A DNA stretch of 63,788 bases, the filler included, from Cercozoa sp. M6MM (lineage: Eukaryota; Protista; Endomyxa: Ascetosporea), in NCBI GenBank assembly GCA_040357565.1. It is 11 parts of 11 records of this genome, joined end to end, with 100 filler letters (N's around TTAATTAATTAA, not from the genome) between each part and the next. Parts side by side here need not be neighbours in the genome. Positions count along the whole stretch, not along the records: positions 1 to 11,474 come from JBDODJ010000401.1; positions 11,575 to 17,185 come from JBDODJ010000873.1; 9 more parts are not named here. The stretch is one strand, 5' to 3'. The notes under the pieces were generated by a model that was given only the letters and a program-made list of their open reading frames with translations, was not told the origin of the DNA and did not search any database. Position 1 is the stretch's first letter. Every line of letters begins with the position of its first letter. Made by a program: the position numbers and the translations under genes. This document shows positions 1 through 11,669 of the stretch, piece after piece.

Positions 1-111
1 GGGGGGGGGGATAAGATGGAAGGAGGGGAGTGGGGAGGTAAAGAGAAAGTAGAGAGTAGAGAGTAGAGAGTAGAGGGGGTAAAGAGGGGGGTAAAAACAC
101 AAAGCAGCTAC

Positions 112-3100
112 CTCGAGCGTGACCGACTGCGCAAACGCGACTCTGCCGCCGGCGTGTTCGGATTGCGCGAGGCCGCTCTACACACACTCAGCAGTTTTAC
201 CCCCTTGCCCCTTAAAAATAGGACTACCTGGACGGCGTAGCCGCGCGGAACTTGGAGGCCACTTTGTCGATAATGCGACGGCCGCGCGGCGTCTTCTCAG
301 CACTGTCGGAGGGGGTGGGTGGGGGTAAAAGGTGGGGGTAAAAGTTGGGAGGTTAAAGGTGGGGGTAAAAGTTGGGAGGTTAAAGGTGGGGGTAAGAGGG
401 GTGGGTGGGGGTAAGGGTACGGCTTGGAGGCCTCCGGAGCGGCCTCGAGCAGCACACGTTTCTGCTCGGCGCGCAGCGTGATCTGCCGTGCCACGCCGGC
501 GTAGCCAAGTGCGTGCAGTTTCTCGTCGTAGTCGGCGCCGCCCGGGTAGACGCAGACCAGCATGGCGGCGCGGCCGTGCTCGCCTCCCAGTAGACCTATT
601 AGGTAGACGGACATTACTCCTAAACCTCCTCTTCTTTGTGCCATATAGGATATATATCTCAGCCCTACATTATATAGCTTATCCAATCGCTATATCGCTA
701 TAAACCTATGACTATATAATACCTATCTATATATAGACCTATATCCTACACCTATATATATATCCTATCCTACTCTTACTTATATATATATATATATATT
801 ATACATATATACATATATATATATATACATCGCCTATTCCTATACACACTATCACCTATACCTATACAAACACCTATACCTATACAAACACCCCTATACT
901 AGACATATATAAACATGTACACTCCCGCATACTTGCATACCTCCCAGTAGGCGCGTGAGCTGACACCGCCGCGTCTGCAGCGAGGCGCGTCGTCCGTGTC
1001 CTGCCGCCGCCGTGCGCAAGCAGTGGCCCAGGTGCATCAGCGAGGCATTGATGCCGCCTGTCTCCTGCTGCTGCGGGGGGGGATAGGGGTAGGAGTAGGG
1101 TATGGTAGATGCAAGGGATAGGAATAGGAATAGGGGATAGGGATAGGGATAGGATAGGAATAGGGGATAGGAATAGGGGATAGGGAGAGGGGATAGGGAT
1201 AGGGATGGGATAGGGATAGGGATAGGGATAGGGTAGGGATAGGGATAGGGGATAGGGATAGGGATAGGGATAAGGGATAGGGGTACGTGAGGTAAAGGTA
1301 CCGAGCTGCGCCGAGTGACGGCGCGTTTCTTAATCGGTTTCGTCGGAGTCTTAGAAGACGAGGAGGCAGAGGAGGCAGCGGAGGCAGAGGACGACGCACT
1401 GTTGAGAGCGACAATGTCGGCCACCGAGCTGCCAGACACGCTGCCTTTGCGCACCACCGATTTGCGGAACTTGGACTGACTGCGTTCGCGCACACGTGCC
1501 ACCAGAGCGGCGTGCTCTTCCTCCGACTTGACTTGCGGCACCTCCTCCGCTGCTGGTGTCTGAGGGGTTAACAGGGGGGGTTAACAGGGGGTAAACAGGG
1601 GTAAACAGGGGGGTAAACAGGGGGGGTAAAGCACCGGCGTATTGTCGCAGCGAGCAGCCGCAGCTTCCAGAGTGCGACGCCGCTCGATACCGGCCAGATC
1701 GACCAGCAGCAGCTGCGCCGTCTGGAAGGACGACACGTCCTGCCGCCGTCCAGTGCTGGTGCCCAAGAAACGCCGCAGAGAAACGCAGAGCACCATGTGA
1801 CCACGTGAGCTGCCCGAGTTCAGCGCCGTCTGCGCTGTGCGACGCCGCTGCTGCGCGAACGCCAAGGCGCGTCTCACCAGATCCGCATCGTCCAGCGGCA
1901 CTTTCTTCGCGCCCTCCAGCAACACGCGACCGCCCGCGTGCGTTGACAGTCGCACTGTCTGCGCATGCCTCCTTTACCCCACTTCTACCTACCCCAGCCC
2001 TACCCTACTCTAGCCCTNNNNNNNNNNNNNNNNNNNNNNNNNNNNNNNNNNNNNNNNNNNNNNNNNNNNNNNNNNNNNNNNNNNNNNNNNNNNNNNNNNN
2101 NNNNNNNNNNNNNNNNNCCCCCCCCCCCACTCACCGAGGTAGCGTCGGCCGTGCCGCGAATGCGTGGACGCGAACGCGAACGAGAGCGCGCGCGCCGGTC
2201 GCGCGGAGCACTGAACAGCACAAGATAAAGCATTTCTCAAGCAAAGCTATTCACAAGCAAAGCTATTTTAAAGCAAAGCTATTTCAAAGCAAAGCTATTC
2301 ACAAAGCACAGTTATTTCAAAGCAAAGCTATTTCAAAGCAAAGCTATTTCAAAGCAAAGCTATTTCAAAGCTGCTTCACCAAAGCTACCACAAAGCAAAG
2401 TTATCTCAAAGCAAAGCTATCACAAAGCAAAGCTATTTGCAAAAGCAAAGCTACGTAAAGCGAAGTTTTCTCAAATTAAAAGAAGCAAAAGAAAGCACGG
2501 TACGGGGCAATCTCAAAGTCGGCCAGCAGATCATGCAGCGTGTCGTTGTAAATCTCAATCGCCGAAAGCGTCAGTTTGTCGCGCTGCGGCATAAACACCG
2601 ACTCCGACGCGTTCGATTTCGCCAGAGTCACGAGTCGCTGCAGCTCGGCTACCGTACGCGGCACCAGGCCTGCTCACACGCGAAAGCGCGCAAAGTAAAG
2701 CATGTATTTTGAAATCAAAGCAAACGAATTTCGAAAGCAAAGCAGAAAATTTCGAAATTAAAGCAAAGCGAATCAACCTGCTCGCTCAGTATCGGCTTCG
2801 CCACGCATCGTAAAGGTTTTTCCGCTGTTGCTCACGCCGTAGCTGTGCAATTTTACTCAAGCTTCGCACTGGGGGGGGGGTCGGGGTCAGTAAACAAAGC
2901 ACAACGCACGCCATGAGCGCCGAGGACTCGCCGCGTCCGAGAGCGTCGATCATGGGCCGAACCGTGCGCTGGAACACGTCGCTTTGAGTGGACTCAGTAT
3001 CGAAAATGTGCGTAAAGCTGCAGCGCGACTGCCGCTCGCCACTCCGAGCGGCGTGAGAGTCCACTGGCGCTGTGAGCCACAGCGTTTGTCCGTCTTCATC

Positions 3101-3205
3101 CGCGCGGACCACCTGCGTTTCACCGCGCTGCTGCTCCTCCGGCAAAAAGGGCCGAATGCGCAGAAACACGTCAAAGGCGCGTGGCTGCTGTCCGTCAGCG
3201 GACAT
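112..3205 (-). CDS. Kinesin motor protein, kinesin-6 (KIF20/KIF23)-like; multi-exon, 3' end runs off the window
   Basis: Spliced exons give VFLRIRP, P-loop YGVSNSGKTFTM, GLVPR, EIYND, switch I NSGSSRGH, switch II DLAGIE, alpha4 ETGGINASLMHLGHCL, and MLVCVYP..DYDEKLHAL. Introns are GT-AG; there is an N gap at 2018-2117. Confidence 0.9.
1075..1290 (-). repeat. Intronic (CCCTAT)n-type hexamer array in the kinesin gene
   Basis: Degenerate gggata/ggggata/ggaata units on +, lying between a GT donor (1301) and an AG acceptor. Confidence 0.9.
2236..2455 (-). repeat. Intronic ~16-bp minisatellite (CAAAGCAAAGCTATTT on +)
   Basis: About a dozen degenerate copies fill a kinesin intron. Confidence 0.9.
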
Positions 3206-3704
3206 TGTCTGACGAACAACACAGCACAGAGGTCAGATTTGCGTTTTCACCAGCAAACGAAAGGAATCGTTGCCACTCACCTATCCGGACTCCAGCTGCA
3301 CTTGATCGCTTTCCTGCAAGCCGTGCGTCTGTGTGCACACCACTATGACGGTCCTAACCTCTGTATGCAGTCCGGCTCAACTTTGGCTCTGTGAGCCGGT
3401 ACAGTACGATAGCGGCACGGAAACTCCTTCAGGATTGTCTAGCGTACGATTCGTCATAAGATAGCGTAGTGGTAAATCTACCCATGCAAGCGAGTCGGTT
3501 TTATTTTTTCGTTTCGGTGGGGCTCGTTTCTGGTCGGTGTTTTGGTGATCTGTGTTGGTGTGTTTCTGTACAGGTACCCATAGCGAGATTCGTGTGAATA
3601 GCGATTATGAGTCACATTCTGCAGCAAAAGCGGCCATTTGGGTCGGTATTGGTCACGTTTTTTGCCATCTCGTTCAGTCAATGTGTAAGTGTTTTTGTTC
3701 TCAG

Positions 3705-6700
3705 ATGACAGGCGCGGTCAAGGTGAATCCAGCACAGAAGAAAAAGAAGAAGAAGAGTGCAACCAATGCCATTAACGTAAGGCAACTTTTGTCTTGTCGC
3801 GTACAGTTGCATGTCCCACCCTGCAGAAGAATCCACCAGCGCTGGTGCGCTTGTTGCGCACGACACTGCAGAACTGTCGTCCTGAAGAGAAGAGTTTCGT
3901 AAAGAATTGGTTCTCCAATGAGATTCGCGTGAAAAAGGCGAGTGGCGAGCTGCACACGACCGACTGGGCGCACTTCCCACTGCCAGGCAACATTAACGAA
4001 ATCTACCGTCGATCGCAGCAGACGACGCCGAGTTCAGGTACTTCTCTTCCCTCTGGCAGCCGTGCTGCTGTTGCTTCCTCCTCCTCCTCGTACCCTGCCT
4101 CCCGGGCACACCACGGCGCTGCCGCATCTGTACCGCAGCAGCAGCAGCAGCAGTACGGTCAGTCGCGCGCCGACTACTACCGGCAGCTGCAGTACGGCGC
4201 CGTGTCGGGCTCGACTCAGTTTGCCAACACTGGCTACGGAGCTATCGGCTACGGTGGTACTGGCTACGGTGGTACTCGCTCCGGCGGTCCTGGCTACGGA
4301 GCGAGTGGCTTCGGCGCTCCGGGCTACGGCGGCGTCGCGAGGCCGCCGGTGCCTGCTCCTGCTGCTGCTGCTGGCTACGGAGTCGTGAGCTACGGCGCGC
4401 CTGGCTACGGCGGTACAACGGCGTACTCGTCGCTTGGCTTCCGTCCGGCTCAGACGCAGAGTTTCGCGCGTGCTCCAGCTCAGACTCAGGCTCCGGCTCA
4501 GACTCGTGCGGTCACTGGTGCGACCACGTCGCGTTTCGGCGCGCGTCCGTCGTCGCGCTTTGGTGTCAGGTAGGCGCTTGCTTGACCCCCCTCCTTCCCC
4601 TTGCCTTTAACCTCTTACCCCTGCCCCTTACCCCTACCCCTACCCCTTACCCCTACCCCTACCCCTTACCCCTACCCCTACCCCTTACCCCTTACCCCTA
4701 CCCTTTACTCCTTACCCTCCCCTTCCGCCAGACCACCGGCGACAGACCCGTGGGCAGCGAAGCCTCAGCAGCAACAGATGCAGCAGTCGGGCGACACGAC
4801 GAAACTGTCGAAGAAGCAGCGCAAGCGACTGGCGCGACTCGAGCAGAAACAGAAGGAACTGGAGCACAAGAGACAGCAAAAGAAGCTGCAGAAGAAACAA
4901 CAAAAGCAGCAGCAGAAACAACAAGGCATGGGCGCTGGCTGGGTGCCTTCTGCCGAGCACCGTGCCATGGCAGCTGCTACGCGACGTCGCTTTGGTAGGC
5001 TTTATCCTCACCCCTACCCCCTCCTCCTATACCCCTCCCCCTATACCCCTCCCTTGCCCAGCGAACGACGAGAAGTTCAAAGTGCGTAAGTCGGGACCGT
5101 CGGCCTACGAGCTGGCCGGTCGCGTCGCGTTGGACGACGAGGCCGCCATGGAGAACCTGCGCATCCGCGGCACGAGTCGCACGCTCGAGAAGAGCTACTT
5201 CCGACTCACGTCGGCTCCTGATCCGGTGCAGACTGGTCCATTTGTACCATGTGTGTACTGTACCATGGATGTATGGGTGTGTGGACAGGACGAGGTGCGA
5301 CCTGAGCCGATCCTGCGTCGCGCATTGTCGCGTCTGCTACGACTATGGGCGATGCGGCGACAGGCGCTCGTGGCGGCCGGCAGTACCGAGTTCACACTGC
5401 ACGCGGCGTTGCTGCCGCCCTTCGAGGACACGGCGTCCGATGAGGTTTTTACCCCCCTCTCACCCCAGCACACCTCTCACCCCCCCCCCCTGCAGTTGCT
5501 GGTGAAGGACGCGCAAGTGGACGCCGAGTTGAAGCGAATGCTAAACTTGCCGGATGCGCAGCTGGACAAGGTAGTTGGAGTACTTGGAGGTGGTACTTGT
5601 GGTGGTATAAATGGACTGACGGACTGGACAGGCCGTGCAGCGTCTGTCGTACAACTACTTTATCGACCAGTTCAAGGCACTGCGACAGGACGCGTTTGTG
5701 CAGCACCTGGAGAACGCCTTCTGCGTGCAGCTCTATGAGGTAGGGTTGGACTACTGGGTACTGAGAGGGTACCTAGGTGCCTAGATGGATACAGGACACG
5801 TGTGTGTATGAGAACAGGCCAACGCGCGCGTGTGCCTGCAGACAGGCGACCTGAGCAACTTTGTGCAGTGCGTGACGAAACTAAAGTGGCTGTACCGACT
5901 GCTGCCCGAGTGCACATGCCGCGCCGCCGAGTTCACGTGCTACGAGCTGGTGTACCACGCCAGTATCGCCAACCGCAGTGGTCTCAACGAGGCCATGGCG
6001 CAGGTGGCGCATGCCATTCGCCGACGCGAACTCGGCGACCCGGCGCTGCTGCGAAAGGCGCTGCGCTTCTCGGTGCGCGTCGTGCGCGCCCTCCGTGACC
6101 AGTACGTTTTGCCTATACCACACATATTTACTACCTCATACACTACCTGTTTTACCACCTGTTATGTTACCTGTTATGCCCAATTGTATATACCTCCTTT
6201 GTACTACCTAATATCATACATGACCCTCCGTATTGTACTCTTATTACACCTGCACATTGCCTTCCCCCGCAGGTGCGCGCCGGAACTGCTGTCGCTGGCG
6301 GGTGATTTGGCGTCGTTCCCGTGCGTGGCCTTCCTGCTGACGCCGCTGTTCAACACGACACGCGTCGCCTGGCTCAAGAAGCTGCTGCTGACGTATCTTA
6401 CCCCCACCCCCATACCACCTACTTACCCTCGACTTACCCACCTATCCCTTACCCTAGGCAACCGTCGGTTCCATTGCGGCAGGCGCAGACGCAGCTGCAC
6501 CTGGGCACGGAGCAGCAAGCACGGCAGTGGTTGGCCGATGCCTCGGTCAGGATAGGCGCTAACGACGTGTTGGACAAGGTACGTGTGTGTGTGTGTGTGT
6601 GTGTGTGGGTGTCTGTGTGTCTGTGTGTCTGTGTTGTACCTGACTAGAGGGTACCTGTTGGGTGTGAGCAGAAGTGCGTGAGCGAGGTGCGTGCTCCCGT

Positions 6701-6764
6701 GTACGACGACAAGAGCGCGGCGCAGCAGTGCAGCGTGCTGCATGCTATGAAGTCGCGCGCGTGA
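3705..6764 (+). CDS. LENG8: SAC3/GANP-family protein, LENG8/THP3-like; multi-exon
   Basis: IRGTSRTLEKSYFRLTSAPDP/VRPEPILRRAL, YNYFIDQFKALRQD..VQHLEN.F.VQLYE and NARVCLQTGDLSNFVQC..KLKWLY match the SAC3_GANP/PCI module of LENG8/Thp3. Stop TGA at 6762-6764. Confidence 0.88.
4586..4725 (+). repeat. Intronic (CCCCTA/CCCTTA)n array in LENG8
   Basis: Visible directly; similar arrays fill the DIS3 introns at 62760-63440. Confidence 0.9.
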
Positions 6765-7246
6765 TTGCTTTCTCTCTCTCTCTCTCTCTGTCCTCTGTCT
6801 CTCTCAGTCTGTCCCTCTGCTTTCTGCCTTGCCTTTCTCCATTGACACTGACACACATACCCTGCTCGCTTATCTCCTCTCTCTCTCTCTGTCTCTGGTG
6901 CCTGGGTGGTGCTGTACCGTGCACACACACACACCGTTAGTCTCCAGCCTCTTTCGCTTTCTGTCACCCGAGTGCGGCTAACGCAGCCTCCAGACGGTCT
7001 GCGCTGACTGGTTTCGTTTTTCTTCCTTTGATGAGTCGTGCCGTCTCGAGTGTCGGGTCGTGTCTTTTCGTTTCGCGTTGTTGGCTACATGGGGCTACCC
7101 ACGGCACAGTCGAGTTGACATGACTGGGAACGTCGGGCGCTGTTTTTGTGTTATTTCGCGCTCTTCCTTTCGTTTCATTTTTGCTACCGCATGCTTACTG
7201 GGACTAACGGGCACGCACTCAACCGACGCGACCGTACTATAAAGAA

Positions 7247-9140
7247 CTAGTCAACGATGAAGTCGTCGTCAGAGTCGTCGCCCTCGCCGGCCAAATCGTC
7301 CTCGGGCAGGCCGAACAAATGAGCCGGCTGTTGCAAGAACCAAACAGAGGTATAGAGATACATATAGAGATACGGAGTTGACAGAAAACAAACAGAACAA
7401 GAAAGATACCGGCTTAACCTCTGTGGGCTCAAGTTTCGTCTCTTGCATCGCCTCGTACTTTGGCTCAGGTTTGGTCGGGTCGTACTTGAGCGTTTCGTAT
7501 TTTGGCTCAACATCGTGCGACTGCAGTCGGCGTCGCTTCACGTCGAATGTGAATGTGTCCAGTTCCTGTCCGGGTGGGGTGGGTGGGATAAAGGGATGGG
7601 TGGGTAAAACAGTGGTTTGGGGAAAATTACCAGCTGCGCCTGCACGGCCTGTTGCTGCTGTCGGTGCAGCTGCTGCTGATGCTTGCCGAGAGTGGCACCG
7701 GCCACCACCGAGGCCGTGTTACGTGCGTCGTAGGTGCCGTCCTCGGAGCGACCGGCCAGGTACTGCTGCAGACGCTGCTCGGCCGCGTGCTTGTCGTGCT
7801 CGGCCTGACGCAGCTCCAGCAGCGCCTCGCGGCCCGTCTACAGGTTTACACCCCCTTCCCTTTATCCCTTTATCCCCTCTTACCCTCACCCCTCAGTGCG
7901 GTACCTGGATGTCCTGGATGAGACTGCGAGCTTCCTGGTTATACTGTCGACACAGACGCACTTGTGGATCGCTGTCATCCATGTCTTGCTGTTGCGGGAT
8001 CACCTCTGCTCACCCAAAGTTATCGCAGGGCAAAGAGGCAAGGGGTGGGGTGGGGAGGGGAGGGGTAAGGGGGTAAAGGTACCTCTTGCACAGCGGTCAC
8101 ATCGCAGACCCTCCGGCTGCCGCAATCGGAACAAATCAAACACTTGGAACGGCTGCACCGACGCGTGCAGACACCTGGGGGAGGGTAAAACATAGTATGG
8201 TAAGACAACACAAAAGGGTACAAAGGCACCTCTGATTGGTACAAACGTATGCGGCTGTCGTTGCTTTTTCTTCGGCTGTTTTTGTCGGTGCGCGCTCACT
8301 GTTCAGAAGGAGGGTAAGGAGCTGAGGGGTAAAGATAAAGAGGAAATAAAGAGGGGATAAAGGAGGTAAAGGGGACAAGAAGGACGAAGTGACTTAAAGG
8401 GAGAAAGCGTACTTAAGCTGCATGTGTCGATATTGCAGCATGTTGATCAGGCCGTCCAGACACACACAGTACTGCATCTTCAGCTTGCCGCTTTTGCGTC
8501 CTTGCACGAAACCGAGTTTGTACAAAAACTGCAGGCACCTGCGAACCTGCTCATTCACGCATGTTCACGTTTCAATTCAAAGGTGTCACTCAACTCTGTC
8601 AAACAAAACTACAAAGCTATTAATCACAAAGCACTGAACAAACAACAAGCTTTCGCTCTCAAAGCCTTAGATCTCATAGCTTTCACTCTCATAGCTTTCA
8701 CTCTCATAGCTTTCACTACCGTAGCTTTTTTACAAGCTAACCAACAGCTTTTAAAACCTCTTTCGTAAGCTGTCAAAAAGCTATGGCCCCAAATCTGCAA
8801 AGCTGCCAGAAGGCACCTGTTTCTCATTGAGAGCGCACTTCTCGGCAATCTTCTCTGCCGTCACATCCTCACGCTCCTCAAAATTCAGCAGCAGCGCGTC
8901 AAAGATCAGCGCTTCTGCTCAAAGCAAACTTAGTTGTGATTGTCGAAAGTCATGACACAGGTACCCTCAACACGAAGGAAGGTGCGTGCACAGCGACGTG
9001 CCAGTGAGAACACAGTGCCGCGGTTCTCGTTGATACGAACCTGTCATGGTACACTTTCAGCTCAACGCGCAAGCACGGCGAGCCGAAGCTACCTGAGCGC
9101 GAACGACTTCGTTCTTGAGTTTCTCGCCATCACTCGCCAT
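7247..9140 (-). CDS. GTF2E1: General transcription factor TFIIE alpha subunit; multi-exon
   Basis: N-terminal winged helix (ARTFL..EEALIFDALL...TAEKIAEKCALNEKQVRRCLQFL, INMLQYR), Zn ribbon YVCTNQRC...LRCDRC, YNQEARSLIQDI helix and an acidic C-terminal tail. Confidence 0.82.
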
Positions 9141-9328
9141 ACTGTGAGGACCCGTTCACAATACAACACCTGACGCCTAAAGACCGCAGTAGCACGCCAC
9201 TGCGCTATACGGTGAAGTGTATAGTCCTGGAAAGCGTACCCGGCTGGATTTTTATTTTTTGCTGTTTTCAAGAAGTCGTGCTTTGATCGCTGTCTTGTGT
9301 GCTGCCAGTGTGTGTTGCTACTATAGAG
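9141..9328. promoter_or_regulatory. Putative bidirectional promoter between TFIIE-alpha and PEX10
   Basis: Only 188 bp separate the divergent ATGs; a small central inverted repeat (ctatac-N8-gtatag) is present. Promoter function is inferred from gene geometry only. Confidence 0.5.
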
Positions 9329-10715
9329 ATGCCACAAAGGGTGGCTTCGCCGCCTGTGACGACCAAGGCCGAGTTGGCCTTCGCGACCGCCTCACAACCC
9401 GACATGATCGTGTGTTTGCTCTTCTGTGTCCGCGCGGAGGTTTGAGTGGTTGTACATGCGATCAGAGAGCGTTGGAGAAGGACATGTTCTACCTGTCGAT
9501 CGTGCGCGATCAGGTGAAGCATGCAGCTTCGTTGTTACTCGGGAGGAGGTATGTCTGTACTGTACAGTTCTGTCAGCCGGGCAGCGTGGCAAAATCTTCT
9601 TTTTGACTGACACAGGTCCACGAGATGGGTTCACGAAACGCAACTTCTTGCTGATTTGGCCTACTTTGGCGTGACTACAGTACCTTGCGCTCTGGCTTCC
9701 TCTGTAAACCTTGATACCCTGTGCTTCTTGTAGATTTGGGGTGCCAAAACACCCGGCGAAGAATACTGTGATCTGTTAAGAGTTACCGGCAATCCAAATC
9801 GTATGCGTCTGCCGACGCTGACGCGGCGAGGCGCGCTTGTCCTTCTTCAGGTCGTGCTGCCCTACCTGTGGCTACGACTTAGGCTATGTCGACTGTACGA
9901 GAGTGAGGACAGGTACCAAAGGTTTGTTTTAGGTGTTAGTGTACACTTGAGACCCTTGTAGGTGGTACCATCGACTGTGGAACAAGCTAGTTCACGCGAG
10001 TACACAATCGCACACGCACCTGCAGTTGCTGCAGTCGGTTCATCTGGCGCTCTTCTACATCTGGGTACTGCCCACTCAACTTTGTCCTTGTTCGGGCTGA
10101 TAGCTTTGCTCTGTAGGGTGACTATCTTGAACCAGCGAAACGAATGGCCAATGTACGCTACGCCTACTTGCGTCGACCGACGTTCTCTCGCATTCAATAC
10201 AAAGGCCTTGGAGCGTACTTTCACCTTTATTAAATTTTTGTTTGACATTTGCAATGCTTGTTTGTGCAGATTGATCTTTGTGCAACTCATCATTCGAGGC
10301 GTATTTTTCCTGCGCGAGCGGTACCGCAACTTGCGTTCCGAGCGCGAGCGCCGGCACAGCGTGGAACGAGGCGGCAATCCCGAGCACTCGTGGCTTCCCA
10401 TCGAGTGTCAAAGGTGAGTTTGTGTTTGTATGTGTCGGTGTCTGTGTTTGTGTCTGTCTGTGTTTGTGTCTGTCTGTGTTTGTGTCTGTCTGTATTTGAA
10501 GGCACTGTTTATATCTGTGTAGCACTGACGCGCCGCCAAATGCACCGTCGTGCGCACTGTGTCTCGGCGAGCGTCAGGACTCCACAGTCACGCCGTGTGG
10601 CCACGTTTTCTGCTGGAACTGCATCGCCGGCGCTGCGAGCGAGAAGAACGAATGTCCCATGTGCCGGCACGCTCTCACGCTGCCGCAGCTTGTGCAGCTT
10701 GCGAACTTTGATTAA
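9329..10715 (+). CDS. PEX10: Peroxin PEX10 (RING E3 ligase); multi-exon
   Basis: N-terminal [25 protein letters not shown] motif, and C-terminal C3HC4 [29 protein letters not shown]...ECPMCR. Stop TAA at 10713-10715. Confidence 0.93.
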
Positions 10716-11003
10716 GTCAGCTCAGTCTACTAAGCCCTGAGAACAAAGGGCTTGTGATTACGCCGTATTCAACTTTCGTGGACCGTTTCGCATGTTGGAT
10801 CACTCAGAGTAGTTGATGCCCAACAGCTACTGACTGATCCTCGAGGCCAACCATCTGACGGGCCAGCTCGTGCAAAATCTAGCACGTTCTGCACAATTAT
10901 AGCACGCTCCTCGGTCTGTTATGTTGAACAGTGCTGGCAGTAGGTGACTCTGCAGCTGCCAGCAATATTTTTCTTTGTGTGCCGGTCATTGTCCCTAAAG
11001 GCG

Positions 11004-11474
11004 ATGCGCACTGCGCAGTGTGCGGCACTGCTGATAGTGTGTATAACACTGGTTCTGGCTCAGCGGCCACTCGAGTTAGTGCCGCAGGTGGTACGACACA
11101 GGAAAGCGACGAGTCTACAGCAGCAGCAGCAGCAGCCGCCGCCGCCGGTGGAGCCTCCAGTGTCGACTCGCGTGTGCCACTTTGCGCGCACCTACCTAGG
11201 CAGCCGAAAATTCACGCCAGCGTTTCGCGAGTACGCTGTGGACTGGATGCGCAAGCAGACGGTGCGGTCGCTGGTGCTGCAGGAGGTGCCGCACGACGTG
11301 TACTACGAGGTGATTGCCTCGCTGCCAGACGAGACTGTTGACCTTGCAGCACTGGAGATTGCGACACCTGCCAATGTGAGACTCACCGTGACTCACCTTG
11401 ACTGGCGAAACGTGATGATCTCGCGACTGAACGAACTGCAGTGTGACTGGTATGATCTCTGCTATTCACTAGGC
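11004..11474 (+). CDS. Hypothetical secreted protein, 5' part (truncated by contig end)
   Basis: MRTAQCAALLIVCITLVLA is signal-peptide-like and followed by a Q/P tract and an open frame with exon-like codon usage. No family recognised. Confidence 0.6.
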
Positions 11475-11574
11475 NNNNNNNNNNNNNNNNNNNNNNNNNN
11501 NNNNNNNNNNNNNNNNNNTTAATTAATTAANNNNNNNNNNNNNNNNNNNNNNNNNNNNNNNNNNNNNNNNNNNN
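11475..11574. other. Artificial contig-join linker (44N-TTAATTAATTAA-44N); first of 10 (others at 17186, 24320, 30024, 33628, 37519, 38939, 54908, 61205, 62393)
   Basis: Identical 100-nt cassette with stops in all six frames. Genes are cut at the linkers and do not continue across them. Confidence 0.97.
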
Positions 11575-11669
11575 CTAACTTCAACGAACGTCTTTGTTTC
11601 GTTGGTTAGTTGTATCCGACTTGCTTTAATCTTTTTTTGCTGCAGTGCAACTTAAAAGTAAAAGCTACT

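Noticed and set aside
1075-1290. Telomere or chromosome end
   Set aside because: The telomere-like hexamers are degenerate and bounded by GT/AG inside genes.
11519-11530. Recurrent TTAATTAATTAA as a biological motif or transposon target site
   Set aside because: It is always centred in 44+44 Ns, so it is an artificial six-frame-stop linker.
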